64,000 bases of DNA. It comes from Candidatus Latescibacterota bacterium (GTDB taxonomy: Bacteria > Latescibacterota > UBA2968 > GCA-2709665). Position numbers and translations under genes: made by a program. A model generated the notes under the pieces. The model had not been told where the DNA came from. It worked only from the letters and a program-made list of their open reading frames with translations, and ran no database searches. How positions within the stretch are numbered: position 1 is the first letter of the stretch; every line of letters starts with the position of its first letter. Below are positions 19,951 through 28,639 of the stretch, one piece after another. The stretch lies in assembly GCA_965205485.1 (NCBI GenBank), contig OZ242180.1:2368001-2432000 (forward strand), read 5' to 3'.

Positions 19951-21336
19951 ATGGCTGAAACCCTGTATCGGGGAAACCTCCTTCCCGAGCGTCCTGCCCT
20001 CCGCGACGTCAGGTCCGTTCTGCCCGACTACCGCGCTATGCTGCTTGCGGTGATGGCCGCCATCGCGGATCGGTACGAACACGAGCCCGACTACCCCTTC
20101 ATCGATACCAAGCTGGACCTCATCTCCGGAGAGGACTTCCCGCCGGACGATCCCGTAAGGGGTGCGAACGCGGTCTTCGGCTGGATTCAGGGTCGCGGCC
20201 TCGAATCCCTGGCCGGGCACTGCCGATGGATGCGCCGTCACAATCTGGCGCCGGAACTTCGGCGGCGCCTGGAGAGAATCACGTCGGACGTGCTCGCGGT
20301 ACTGCTAGACATTCGCGCCAGAAACGCCGGCCGCCTGTCCTTTTTCATGTCACCCGATGGAAACCCGTTCACGCTGGACGAGAATGGCGGGATCCGGACG
20401 CTGCAGCTCACGGAGGAATCGCACTATGGATTCAGCGACCTCTTCAGCGCCAAGGGCATGGTTGCCGCGGCGAGATACCTCGAGTTGCTGGATGCCGAAG
20501 CGGAAGCCATGGAATACTGCCGCCGGGTGGACGATGCAATTCACGAAGGCGGGTTCACCACCGACCAGATTTCGCTGGATCCGATGAATCCCGCCGGTCC
20601 CCGACCGGGACGCCATCCCCACGGCGCGTACATGATTCAGATCGGCGCCGCCGCCGTGCTGGCCGAACACCGTATTTCCGACAGCGTGGAAATGGGTCTG
20701 CGCCTCATTCGACACGAAATGCGGACCTACGTCAATCTGGGCGGGCGGGTGCCGCGTCTCCGGGAGTACGACTTCTGGGAAGCGGTGGACGACGACGGCC
20801 GGCCCTTCGAGGAGGACGGCAGGATCCTTTCCGATCCGGGCCACGTCCTCGAGTTCATCGGCCTGACGCTGAAATTCGCCTCGGCCGTCAGAGAAAACGC
20901 GCTGGCGGATGCCGAACAACTTACGGAAATCGCGGACGTCGAAGCCCATATGCCCGCGCTGCTCGCGCATACCTTCGCGGGAGGCTTCCAACCCGGTCCC
21001 GGCGGCATCTGCAAGGTGTTCGACCTGATTTCCCGCGCACCCGCCAATACCGACATGCCGTGGTGGAACCTTCCTGAAACGCTGCGCGCCGCCGCGTACT
21101 GCTTTTCGATTGCCTCATCCACGGCACAGCGGCAGGACGCTCTGAGCATATTCAGCGCGTGCCACAACGCCTTCACAAGGCACTTCGTTCGTCCGGACCT
21201 CCATCTGATGGCCTATCAGACGCGAAACGAAGCCGGACAGGTCGTGCCGGTCATTCCCGCTACCGCGGATGCGGACCCGGGATACCACACGGGTCTGAGC
21301 ATCATCGACGTACTCGAAATCTTCGAGAATGCGTAG
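19951..21336 (+). CDS. AGE/cellobiose-epimerase-like (alpha/alpha)6 barrel protein
   Basis: WIQGR, SDLF, DPGHVLEF, PWWNLPET, DPGYH motifs. Confidence 0.6.
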   Translation: MAETLYRGNLLPERPALRDVRSVLPDYRAMLLAVMAAIADRYEHEPDYPFIDTKLDLISGEDFPPDDPVRGANAVFGWIQGRGLESLAGHCRWMRRHNLAPELRRRLERITSDVLAVLLDIRARNAGRLSFFMSPDGNPFTLDENGGIRTLQLTEESHYGFSDLFSAKGMVAAARYLELLDAEAEAMEYCRRVDDAIHEGGFTTDQISLDPMNPAGPRPGRHPHGAYMIQIGAAAVLAEHRISDSVEMGLRLIRHEMRTYVNLGGRVPRLREYDFWEAVDDDGRPFEEDGRILSDPGHVLEFIGLTLKFASAVRENALADAEQLTEIADVEAHMPALLAHTFAGGFQPGPGGICKVFDLISRAPANTDMPWWNLPETLRAAAYCFSIASSTAQRQDALSIFSACHNAFTRHFVRPDLHLMAYQTRNEAGQVVPVIPATADADPGYHTGLSIIDVLEIFENA

Positions 21337-21359
21337 CCAGACGCACTAGACGGGAAGCC

Positions 21360-22022
21360 ATGCGCCTCGAGATCAAAAACCTTTCACTTCGGTACGGCAC
21401 AAAAAAACCGCTGTTTCAACGCGTGGACCTCACCGTTGACAGCGGAGACTTCGTCCTCATCCACGGGCCGTCGGGAAGCGGTAAATCCAGCTTCCTCAGG
21501 CTGCCCAACCGGCTGCAGGAGCCCTCATCGGGCGACATTCTGCTAGACGGCAGCCCGGTGTCTCGCCACAACGTCACCGAACTGCGGCGAATGGTCGGTT
21601 ACGTCCAGCAGACGCCCGCGATGGCCGGGGGCAACATTCGTACCAACCTGACCCTGTCATTCACGTTCAAAGCCGGACGGGAACGGCAACAGCCGGACGG
21701 AGACCGGCTCAGAGGCCTCCTGGACGAATTCCTGCTTCAGGACGTGGACCTCGACGACGACGCGGAAACCCTGTCCGTAGGGCAGAAACAGCGGATCGCC
21801 CTGATCCGTGCGCTGCTGTCCGAACCCGGCTTTCTCCTCTGCGACGAACCCACTTCCGCCCTCGACCCCGAGTCCAAATCCGTGGTGGAAACATGGCTGG
21901 AACGACTCGCGCTGGAACAGAACATCGGCATCTTGCTGGTGACGCACCTGGACTTCACGCCCGTTCGAGTCAGGGCCCGGCGATACCGGCTCGACGGCGG
22001 TCTTCAGGAGGTCTCCGCTTGA
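21360..22022 (+). CDS. ABC transporter ATP-binding protein (FetA/YbbL-like)
   Basis: GPSGSGKS, LSVGQKQRIAL, DEPTSALD; paired with a FetB-type permease. Confidence 0.85.
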   Translation: MRLEIKNLSLRYGTKKPLFQRVDLTVDSGDFVLIHGPSGSGKSSFLRLPNRLQEPSSGDILLDGSPVSRHNVTELRRMVGYVQQTPAMAGGNIRTNLTLSFTFKAGRERQQPDGDRLRGLLDEFLLQDVDLDDDAETLSVGQKQRIALIRALLSEPGFLLCDEPTSALDPESKSVVETWLERLALEQNIGILLVTHLDFTPVRVRARRYRLDGGLQEVSA

Positions 22023-22792
22023 ACCTGATCGAGATCACTCCCATCCAACTGCTTCTGTGTCTCGTTTTCGTTTTGATCGCGGGCACCGGCTCGGTTGTCT
22101 TCCGCCTCAACCTGGAAAAGGACCTCGCGTGGGGCACCGTACGCACCTTCGCGCAGCTCTTCCTCGTTGGCTACGTCCTGAAGTACATCTTCCAGATCAA
22201 CAACCCGTACCTGATTCTCATCCTCTTCGTCTGGATGGTCTTCTGGGCCGCCCACGCCATCCGCGGACGCGTAAAGGAAAAAGAGGTCCGATACTTCATC
22301 CCAACGTTCATTTCAATGGTGGCCAGCTACACGACCGTTTCCATCCTGGTTACGGCGGCGATCGTTCAGGTCAAGCCCTGGTACACGCCTCAGTACTTCA
22401 TCCCCCTCGGCGGCATGATTATCGGCAACTCCATGAACGCGGTCACGATCGCACTGGAACGCCTCTTCTCAGACCTGCGCAAACAGCGGGACCAGATCGA
22501 ACTCGCCCTTTGCCTCGGCGCCACCTACCAGGAAGCGACGGCCACGATTCTTCGCGACGTGGTCAAGGCCGGTATGATCCCTTCAATCAACTCCCTGATG
22601 ACCGTCGGCCTCGTTTCCCTGCCCGGGATGATGACGGGTCAGATCCTGGCTGGCTCGGACCCGATGACTGCCATCAAGTATCAGATCATTGTGATGCTGA
22701 TGATCGTTGCCGCCACTGCTATTGGCTCGATTATCGTCGTACACGTCGTCCGCCGCCGCTGCTTTACCCGGGCGCATCAGCTGGCGATATAA
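22019..22792 (+). CDS. fetB: Iron export ABC permease, FetB/UPF0014 family
   Basis: TTG start overlapping the upstream stop; PWYTPQYFIPLGGMIIGNSMN, GLVSLPGMMTGQILAG, AIKYQI. Confidence 0.88.
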   Translation: MNLIEITPIQLLLCLVFVLIAGTGSVVFRLNLEKDLAWGTVRTFAQLFLVGYVLKYIFQINNPYLILILFVWMVFWAAHAIRGRVKEKEVRYFIPTFISMVASYTTVSILVTAAIVQVKPWYTPQYFIPLGGMIIGNSMNAVTIALERLFSDLRKQRDQIELALCLGATYQEATATILRDVVKAGMIPSINSLMTVGLVSLPGMMTGQILAGSDPMTAIKYQIIVMLMIVAATAIGSIIVVHVVRRRCFTRAHQLAI

Positions 22793-22797
22793 ACTGG

Positions 22798-23583
22798 TTA
22801 GACCGTTTCACCCGACCCGCCGTCGAAGTTGATCGCGGCGCCGGTGATGAAGGCGCCCCGGTCGGACACCAGAAACGCGACCAGATCGGCCACCTCGGCG
22901 GGTTCGCCCATCCTGCCCAGCGGCACGTCCTTTCCGAGTTTCTCACACCAGGCATCGAAATCCATGTCGCTGCCGGAGGCCGTCCAGGCCCGCTCCGCCT
23001 GCGCCGACCTGATATTCGTGAGGCACACCGTATTGACGCGAATCCGGTGCTGCGCCAGGTCCTTCGACATCGCCTTGCTCAATGCGATCCCCGCCGCGCG
23101 GCTCACCGACGTGGGCACTGAACCCGGCCCCGGCGCCTTACCCCCCGGATGCGTGATGTTCACGATGCTGCCCCCGCCACGCGACTTCATGTGCGGAACC
23201 GCCAGACGTGAACCGCGGACCGCGGCCCAGAACTTCAAGTCGAAATCTCCCTGCCAGACGGACTCGGGTGCATCTTCGAAGTGATGGCCTTCGGAACGGC
23301 CGGCGTTGTTGACCAGGATATCGATTCCGCCGAATCCGGACACTGCGTCATTTACGAACCGTTCCACGTCCGCGGCAAGCGTGACGTCCGCCGCCACCGC
23401 GAGGACCTCGGCGCCGGATTCCGATCTGATGGCGTCCGCCGCGGCCGCCAAAACGTCCTGACGCCGCGCGCACATCGCAACCCGGCATCCCTCCCCGGCC
23501 AACTTCAGGGCGATCCCTTTTCCGATGCCCTCGCTGCCCCCTGTCACCAGCGCCACCTTGTCCGTCAGATTCAACTCCAGCAT
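22798..23583 (-). CDS. SDR family oxidoreductase
   Basis: AAGGAGG RBS; VALVTGGSEGIG, DILVNNAG, PLGRMGEPAEVA. Confidence 0.92.
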   Translation of the reverse strand: MLELNLTDKVALVTGGSEGIGKGIALKLAGEGCRVAMCARRQDVLAAAADAIRSESGAEVLAVAADVTLAADVERFVNDAVSGFGGIDILVNNAGRSEGHHFEDAPESVWQGDFDLKFWAAVRGSRLAVPHMKSRGGGSIVNITHPGGKAPGPGSVPTSVSRAAGIALSKAMSKDLAQHRIRVNTVCLTNIRSAQAERAWTASGSDMDFDAWCEKLGKDVPLGRMGEPAEVADLVAFLVSDRGAFITGAAINFDGGSGETV

Positions 23584-23707
23584 TTCACTCCCTCCTTGAG
23601 TCGACACCCTGTGCCACAACCGGCGCCTTCGGTAAACGAGCGAGGCCGCAGTCCGGCTGCGCGACGCGCTCTCGACCTCTCGAAGCGTCGTCTTCTGCGT
23701 GTGACGT

Positions 23708-24346
23708 TCAACCCGCGGCCCATCGCACGCCCTGGCAGAGCATGACCTGTACCGGAGGCCTCGCAAACGTCCCGGGGCCGTGACCGAGCGCCGTGTAGAA
23801 GACCCGGCCCGACCCATAAGGTTTCACCCACGCAATGGGAAACGTCCCGCCATGCCATTGCGCCGAAGCGAGAATCCGCAGTTGAGGCTCGTACGCCGAA
23901 ATGTAGATTTCGTCGTCCACCTCGAAATCCTCGATGCCCATCATTACCGGATGGTCCCCGTCTGCCACCCGTACGCTGAACTTCAACCCGGGCGGGTGCC
24001 AATTGGCGTGCCCGCCCAGGAGGTCCGCCGCACGCCCGCCGATCCACCATGCCGATCCGTGAATACCCACCAGCCCCTTGCCGCCGGCGACGAACCCGAA
24101 GAGCCCGTCCTCCTGTGCGGGCGTCAGGTCCGGTTCGCGGGCGATCGAACCGTCCTCCCGCTTGACGGTGCGCGTGAACCCGGTTCCGAATACGCAGACG
24201 TCATATTGTTCCATCCCGCTGGCCAGAAGGTCCTTGTCCGTTCTCAGTTCCACGGACAGATCGGGCTGGTCGTCCAGGAACCCATGGATCATTCCGGCGC
24301 TCTGATCGAAGCCGTGATTCGCACCCGACAGAATCAATACGTTCAT
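23708..24346 (-). CDS. ThuA-like (class I glutamine amidotransferase-like) domain protein
   Basis: GKGLVGIHG, DHPVM..DDEIY, YGSGRVFYTALGH. Confidence 0.9.
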   Translation of the reverse strand: MNVLILSGANHGFDQSAGMIHGFLDDQPDLSVELRTDKDLLASGMEQYDVCVFGTGFTRTVKREDGSIAREPDLTPAQEDGLFGFVAGGKGLVGIHGSAWWIGGRAADLLGGHANWHPPGLKFSVRVADGDHPVMMGIEDFEVDDEIYISAYEPQLRILASAQWHGGTFPIAWVKPYGSGRVFYTALGHGPGTFARPPVQVMLCQGVRWAAG

Positions 24347-24693
24347 TGCAAACCCTCCTCCGGATAACCGTTGCCCTTCGAATTCCGCTGCGCCGGCCCC
24401 GCGAACCCGCTGGCGACAGGCTCCAGCAGAGCCGGATGAATTCCTTATCTAATTGATTTTATTCATCTTCCATCCGGTAACCGCGCGTCGTACAAAACAT
24501 GCATCGCAGGAATTCCGATGTCAACGGTTTTTCTCGGCGTCGGCGTTCGAGATACGCGCCCCTTGATTCGGGTACATATATCGCCTAAATTCAACGGGGC
24601 GGCGGTCCCGCTCCCAGGTGCGGGTATCGAATTTGTCCCTCGTTGGAAACCACATCATCTGCGCCCATCGTCAATTTACAGGAACACGACGCA

Positions 24694-24972
24694 ATGTACG
24701 AAGGTGAAGTCAGGGATTGGTACGCTCGTTCCCCCGCGGAGCGTTTCGTCGAGTCTCAGAAACTCTGGGAGATATTCCTGCTCTTTGGAGGAGACCTTGA
24801 ACCAGAGCCCGATACCCAAAGCCCTTTCCACGATATTCGGTTCCAGAGTCCGGGCGCTGCTGATGGGCGGCCAAGCCTGTATCCTTTACGGAGCGGCGGA
24901 GTTCAGCCGGGACATCGATCTGGCGATACTGGCATCGGCCGACAATCTGAATCACCTGCAGACTGTTCTTGA
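24694..24972 (+). CDS. Small hypothetical protein, putative partner/antitoxin of the downstream nucleotidyltransferase
   Basis: WYARSPAERFVESQKLW..GGDLEPEPDTQSPF; overlaps the downstream gene. Confidence 0.5.
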   Translation: MYEGEVRDWYARSPAERFVESQKLWEIFLLFGGDLEPEPDTQSPFHDIRFQSPGAADGRPSLYPLRSGGVQPGHRSGDTGIGRQSESPADCS

Positions 24973-25543
24973 TCAATTGCAGGCCGAAACGACGTACGTG
25001 CCTGATTTAAGCCGGGAAGTGCTCGTTCGGGGACATGCCTGCCACTTCAGGTGCGGCGCTCCCGGTGTCGAGGGACTTCGAATCGATGTAATGGGCAAGC
25101 TGAGAGGTCTGCCTAACTTCGATGTATTGTGGAATCGTCGGACGGAAATCGAACTACCCGAGGTCTGTGCCGTTCCGGTGATCGCGTTGGAAGATCTGGT
25201 TCGCGCGAAGAAAACGCAGCGCGACAAGGACTGGCCTATGATCCGTCGCCTGATCGAGGCCGACTACTTTCGGCGTCACAACAGGGCATCTGAAGAAAAG
25301 GTGCGTTTCTGGCTCGCAGAATGCAGGACGCCGGACATCCTTCAGGAGATCGTGAGAAAGTATCCTGGTTTAGCCCGCGACATGGTCAGGAGTCGACCGC
25401 TCTTGATAAGCATTCTGGAGGGACGGCGCGCGGACGTCGAAGATCAATTGCGCGACGAGGAAGATCGCGAACGTAATCTGGACCGTCGTTACTGGGCGCC
25501 TCTGAGAAAAGAACTGGCTGCCTGGCGCCGCCGGCGAGGATGA
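24797..25543 (+). CDS. Pol-beta superfamily nucleotidyltransferase-like protein
   Basis: GGAGGAG RBS with TTG start; LMGGQA..YG..SRDIDL, RIDVM, LVRAKKTQRDKD. Confidence 0.7.
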   Translation: MNQSPIPKALSTIFGSRVRALLMGGQACILYGAAEFSRDIDLAILASADNLNHLQTVLDQLQAETTYVPDLSREVLVRGHACHFRCGAPGVEGLRIDVMGKLRGLPNFDVLWNRRTEIELPEVCAVPVIALEDLVRAKKTQRDKDWPMIRRLIEADYFRRHNRASEEKVRFWLAECRTPDILQEIVRKYPGLARDMVRSRPLLISILEGRRADVEDQLRDEEDRERNLDRRYWAPLRKELAAWRRRRG

Positions 25544-25579
25544 ATTCAACGAAGGGTTTCTGCCAACCGGAGCGGCGCC

Positions 25580-26599
25580 ATGGCTGCCAGGCCGCTGAGC
25601 GAAGCCATCCTGAATTACACGGTCCCCTGGACACGAGTGGACTGGCCGCCTGATTGGGGCACGATTTTCGGCCGTCCGGGCTCGGTGGTCGTTGAAATCG
25701 GCTTCGGCACGGGCGAGTTTCTGGTGGACCGGGCCCTTACGCATCCGGAGATGAATTTCGTTGGGATCGAACGATCATGGGTGTCGGTACAGAGGCTGTT
25801 CAGGCGGTTGGATCGAAGCGGACCCGGGAACGTGCGGGTGGTCCACGGTGGGGCGGATTTTGTGCTGGAACGCCTCTTTTCGGTGGAGAGTGTCGCACAA
25901 GTCTACATCAACTTCCCGGATCCCTGGCCGAAGGAGCGCCATCACGGCAGACGCCTGATCCAGCCGGCGTTCGTCCAGGTGCTTGCGGAGCGACTGGCGC
26001 CGGGCGGGACGGTGACCGTGGCGACCGACCACGGGGGATATGCGTCGTGGATTACAGGGATACTGGAAGCGCAGCCGCTTCTGCGATCCGGTTACCGGTC
26101 TCCGTCGGTGTCCGGTTTGCACGGCAGAAAACCCACCAAATATGAACGCAAGGCCCTGTGTGGCGGCGCGCCCGTCCACTATTTCGTCTGGTTGCGCGAA
26201 TCCGGCTTCGCCAGGGCGAAAACCGTTGAAAAGGTTGGACCAATGCCGAATATGCTGCTGAAAGGGAAGTACGACCGTGCGCGGTTGCCGGCGGAATTCG
26301 ACGCGTGCTCCTGGCGGACGGACCATCACGGCGTAACGGTGGTGATCAGGCTGGTGTCCCTCTACACGGACCGGAACGGGGACAGTCTGGTGGAGGCGAT
26401 GGTGAGGGAGGGCGCATTCTCCCAGCACTTCGGCATCCTGGTTCTGGCGCGATCCGGAAACCGGGTGTTGATCAAACTCTCGCCGATCGGTCAGCCGCGG
26501 CCCACCTGGGGGGTGAAGCAGGCGGTAGGCAGGGTGGGCGAGATGGTGCTGAAGCACTGTCCCGGGTTGAGCGTAGCGGAAAGCGCGGTGGGCCGATAG
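25580..26599 (+). CDS. trmB: tRNA (guanine-N7)-methyltransferase with C-terminal extension
   Basis: VEIGFGTGEF, INFPDPWPKERHHGRRL, ATD, PTKYERK. Confidence 0.92.
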   Translation: MAARPLSEAILNYTVPWTRVDWPPDWGTIFGRPGSVVVEIGFGTGEFLVDRALTHPEMNFVGIERSWVSVQRLFRRLDRSGPGNVRVVHGGADFVLERLFSVESVAQVYINFPDPWPKERHHGRRLIQPAFVQVLAERLAPGGTVTVATDHGGYASWITGILEAQPLLRSGYRSPSVSGLHGRKPTKYERKALCGGAPVHYFVWLRESGFARAKTVEKVGPMPNMLLKGKYDRARLPAEFDACSWRTDHHGVTVVIRLVSLYTDRNGDSLVEAMVREGAFSQHFGILVLARSGNRVLIKLSPIGQPRPTWGVKQAVGRVGEMVLKHCPGLSVAESAVGR

Positions 26600-26655
26600 C
26601 GTTCTGTCCCGGACACAGATTTCCCGATTGGCGAGGGTTTTTCGGGGCAGGACTC

Positions 26656-27714
26656 TTATGCAAAGATGATCTGCGCGCTCCCGTCCAGGGGCTTCGCGGC
26701 GCCGATGATACGTGCCCGTCCCTCCCCGGCGTCGTGGAGCGCGGTCAGAAGGCTCCGGCCCTGGTCGGGCGGGACCGAGACCAGCAGACCGCCGCTGGTC
26801 TGGGGATCGACGAATATCTCGTCGTGCCGATCGGGCAGGACCGCGTCAAAACGGGTCGCGTCCCGGATGAGTTCCCTGTTGGCGGCGTTCGCGCCGGTAC
26901 CCACGCCCTTCTCGTACATTTCAAGGGCTTCCGACATGACGGGGACGTCCGACGCGGCGATCTCCAGGGTGAGCCCGGAACCCCTGGCGATTTCAAGGGC
27001 ATGGCCGGCCAGGCCGAATCCGGTCACGTCGGTGGCCGCGTGGATGTCGAAACCGGCCATGGCGTCAGCCGCGGTCTTGTTCAGTGCGGCGGTGGTGTCG
27101 AGGCACTCCTTCACGGCTGCGTCCGAGACCCATCCTTTGAGGTTGGCGTTGAAGAGTACGCCGCTGCCGATGGGTTTGGTCAGGATGAGCAGGTCGCCCG
27201 GCCGTGCGCCCGAGTTGTGCCAGTATTCTTCAGGGTGGACGACTCCGGTTACGGACAGCCCGAATTTGGGCTCCTCATCGTCGGTCGTGTGCCCGCCCGC
27301 CAGCACGGCGCCGGCTTCCGTGATCTTGCTGAGGGCGCCCTCTACGATGCCCGCCAGGACCTCCGGCCCGAGGCGACGGGAGGGGAATCCGATCAGGTTC
27401 AGGCACGCGATCGGCCGCCCGCCCATGGCGTAGACGTCGCTGAGGGCGTTGGCCGCGCCGATCTGTCCGAAAACGTACGGATCGTCCACAGGAGGCGTGA
27501 TGAAGTCCGCCGTGAGTACGAGGGCGGTCTCATCGTCCATCCGGTAGACGCCGGCGTCGTCGCTGGACTGAAATCCCACCATCAGATTCGGATCGGCGTT
27601 TTGAGGCAGGCCGTCCAGAAGTTTCTTCAGTCCGACCGGACTGACTTTGGCCGCTCACCCGCAGGTCCGCGCCAGGCTTGTGAGCGTATGTTTTTTCCTG
27701 ATGAACGGTAACAC
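26656..27714 (-). CDS. selD: Selenide, water dikinase; selenoprotein with in-frame UGA (Sec) at 27655-27657
   Basis: GTG 27714 gives LTSLARTCG-U-AAKVSP in frame with DDAGVY, DFITPPVDDP, ANALSDVYAMGG, TDVTGFGLAGH, DPQTSGGLL. Confidence 0.93.
27627..27644 (-). promoter_or_regulatory. Putative bacterial SECIS hairpin
   Basis: UCAGUCC-GGUC-GGACUGA starting 10 nt after the UGA. Confidence 0.7.
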
Positions 27715-27862
27715 AGGTACGTCCCCGGAGGTTCTTGCGTATCGCGATCCGTGCTGAGATAGATACGGGAAAACAACCGCGATCGCAACCTCAAACCATC
27801 TGCATGCTCCCGCGCCGGCCCGGCTCCGGCGGGCCTATGCGCTAATCGGCGGTAATGCCCTG

Positions 27863-28579
27863 ATGAACCGTGGATTCGAAACAGTACACGCGCTCTCGTT
27901 TGTAGACGTTTCGAAAGTCTACGATGCGGGAGTCGGATTGCGTTATGCGCTTCGCGGCGTGTCGTTTGTCGTTGAGCCTGCCCGGAAGGTGGCCGTTGTT
28001 GGACGCAGCGGGAGCGGGAAGTCCACCCTGCTGCACCTTGCGGCCGGCATTGACGTTCCCACCGGAGGGATGGTGAAGGTTGGCAATCGGGACCTGAGCG
28101 CGCTGACCGAAGAAGCCAGAACGAAACTGCGCCGCGACGAGGTGGGACTCATTTTTCAGTTTTTCTATCTCATGCCGCACCTGCCGGTGGCGGACAACGT
28201 CGCATTACCCGCGATGATCGCGGGGGAAAAGCCGCGGTCGTACCGCCCCCGGGTTATGGAACTCCTGGAGCGCGTGGAACTTGGCGACCGCGCGGGAGAC
28301 CCGGTGCAGAAGCTGTCAGGCGGCGAGCAGCAGCGGGTGGCCATCTGCCGGGCGTTGTTGCGCCGGCCCGGTCTGCTGCTGGCGGACGAACCGACGGGCA
28401 ACCTGGACGACGATAACGGGCGACGGGTGATGGAACTGATGATGGAACTGGTTGATCATGAGGGCGCGACGCTGGTATACGTAACCCACAGCCGGGAATT
28501 CGCCTCACTTGCCGATGACGTCTGGGAACTGCACAGCGGAGAGTTGAGCCATCCGTCACCGCCGCGCGCCCCCGCGTAA
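27863..28579 (+). CDS. ABC transporter ATP-binding protein (LolD/AttE-like)
   Basis: [30 protein letters not shown]. Confidence 0.92.
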   Translation: MNRGFETVHALSFVDVSKVYDAGVGLRYALRGVSFVVEPARKVAVVGRSGSGKSTLLHLAAGIDVPTGGMVKVGNRDLSALTEEARTKLRRDEVGLIFQFFYLMPHLPVADNVALPAMIAGEKPRSYRPRVMELLERVELGDRAGDPVQKLSGGEQQRVAICRALLRRPGLLLADEPTGNLDDDNGRRVMELMMELVDHEGATLVYVTHSREFASLADDVWELHSGELSHPSPPRAPA

Positions 28580-28639
28580 CCGGCCGGGGCGCCGAACGCA
28601 TCGTATGTTGACTGTTTTTCGCAGATCAGGGCCGTTCCG

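Noticed and set aside
18508..21336. dCMP deaminase, Fe/2OG oxygenase and AGE-like genes as part of the NHLP cluster
   Set aside because: Separated by a gap containing repeat fragments and led by a housekeeping-type gene; no RRE evident. The oxygenase cannot be fully excluded
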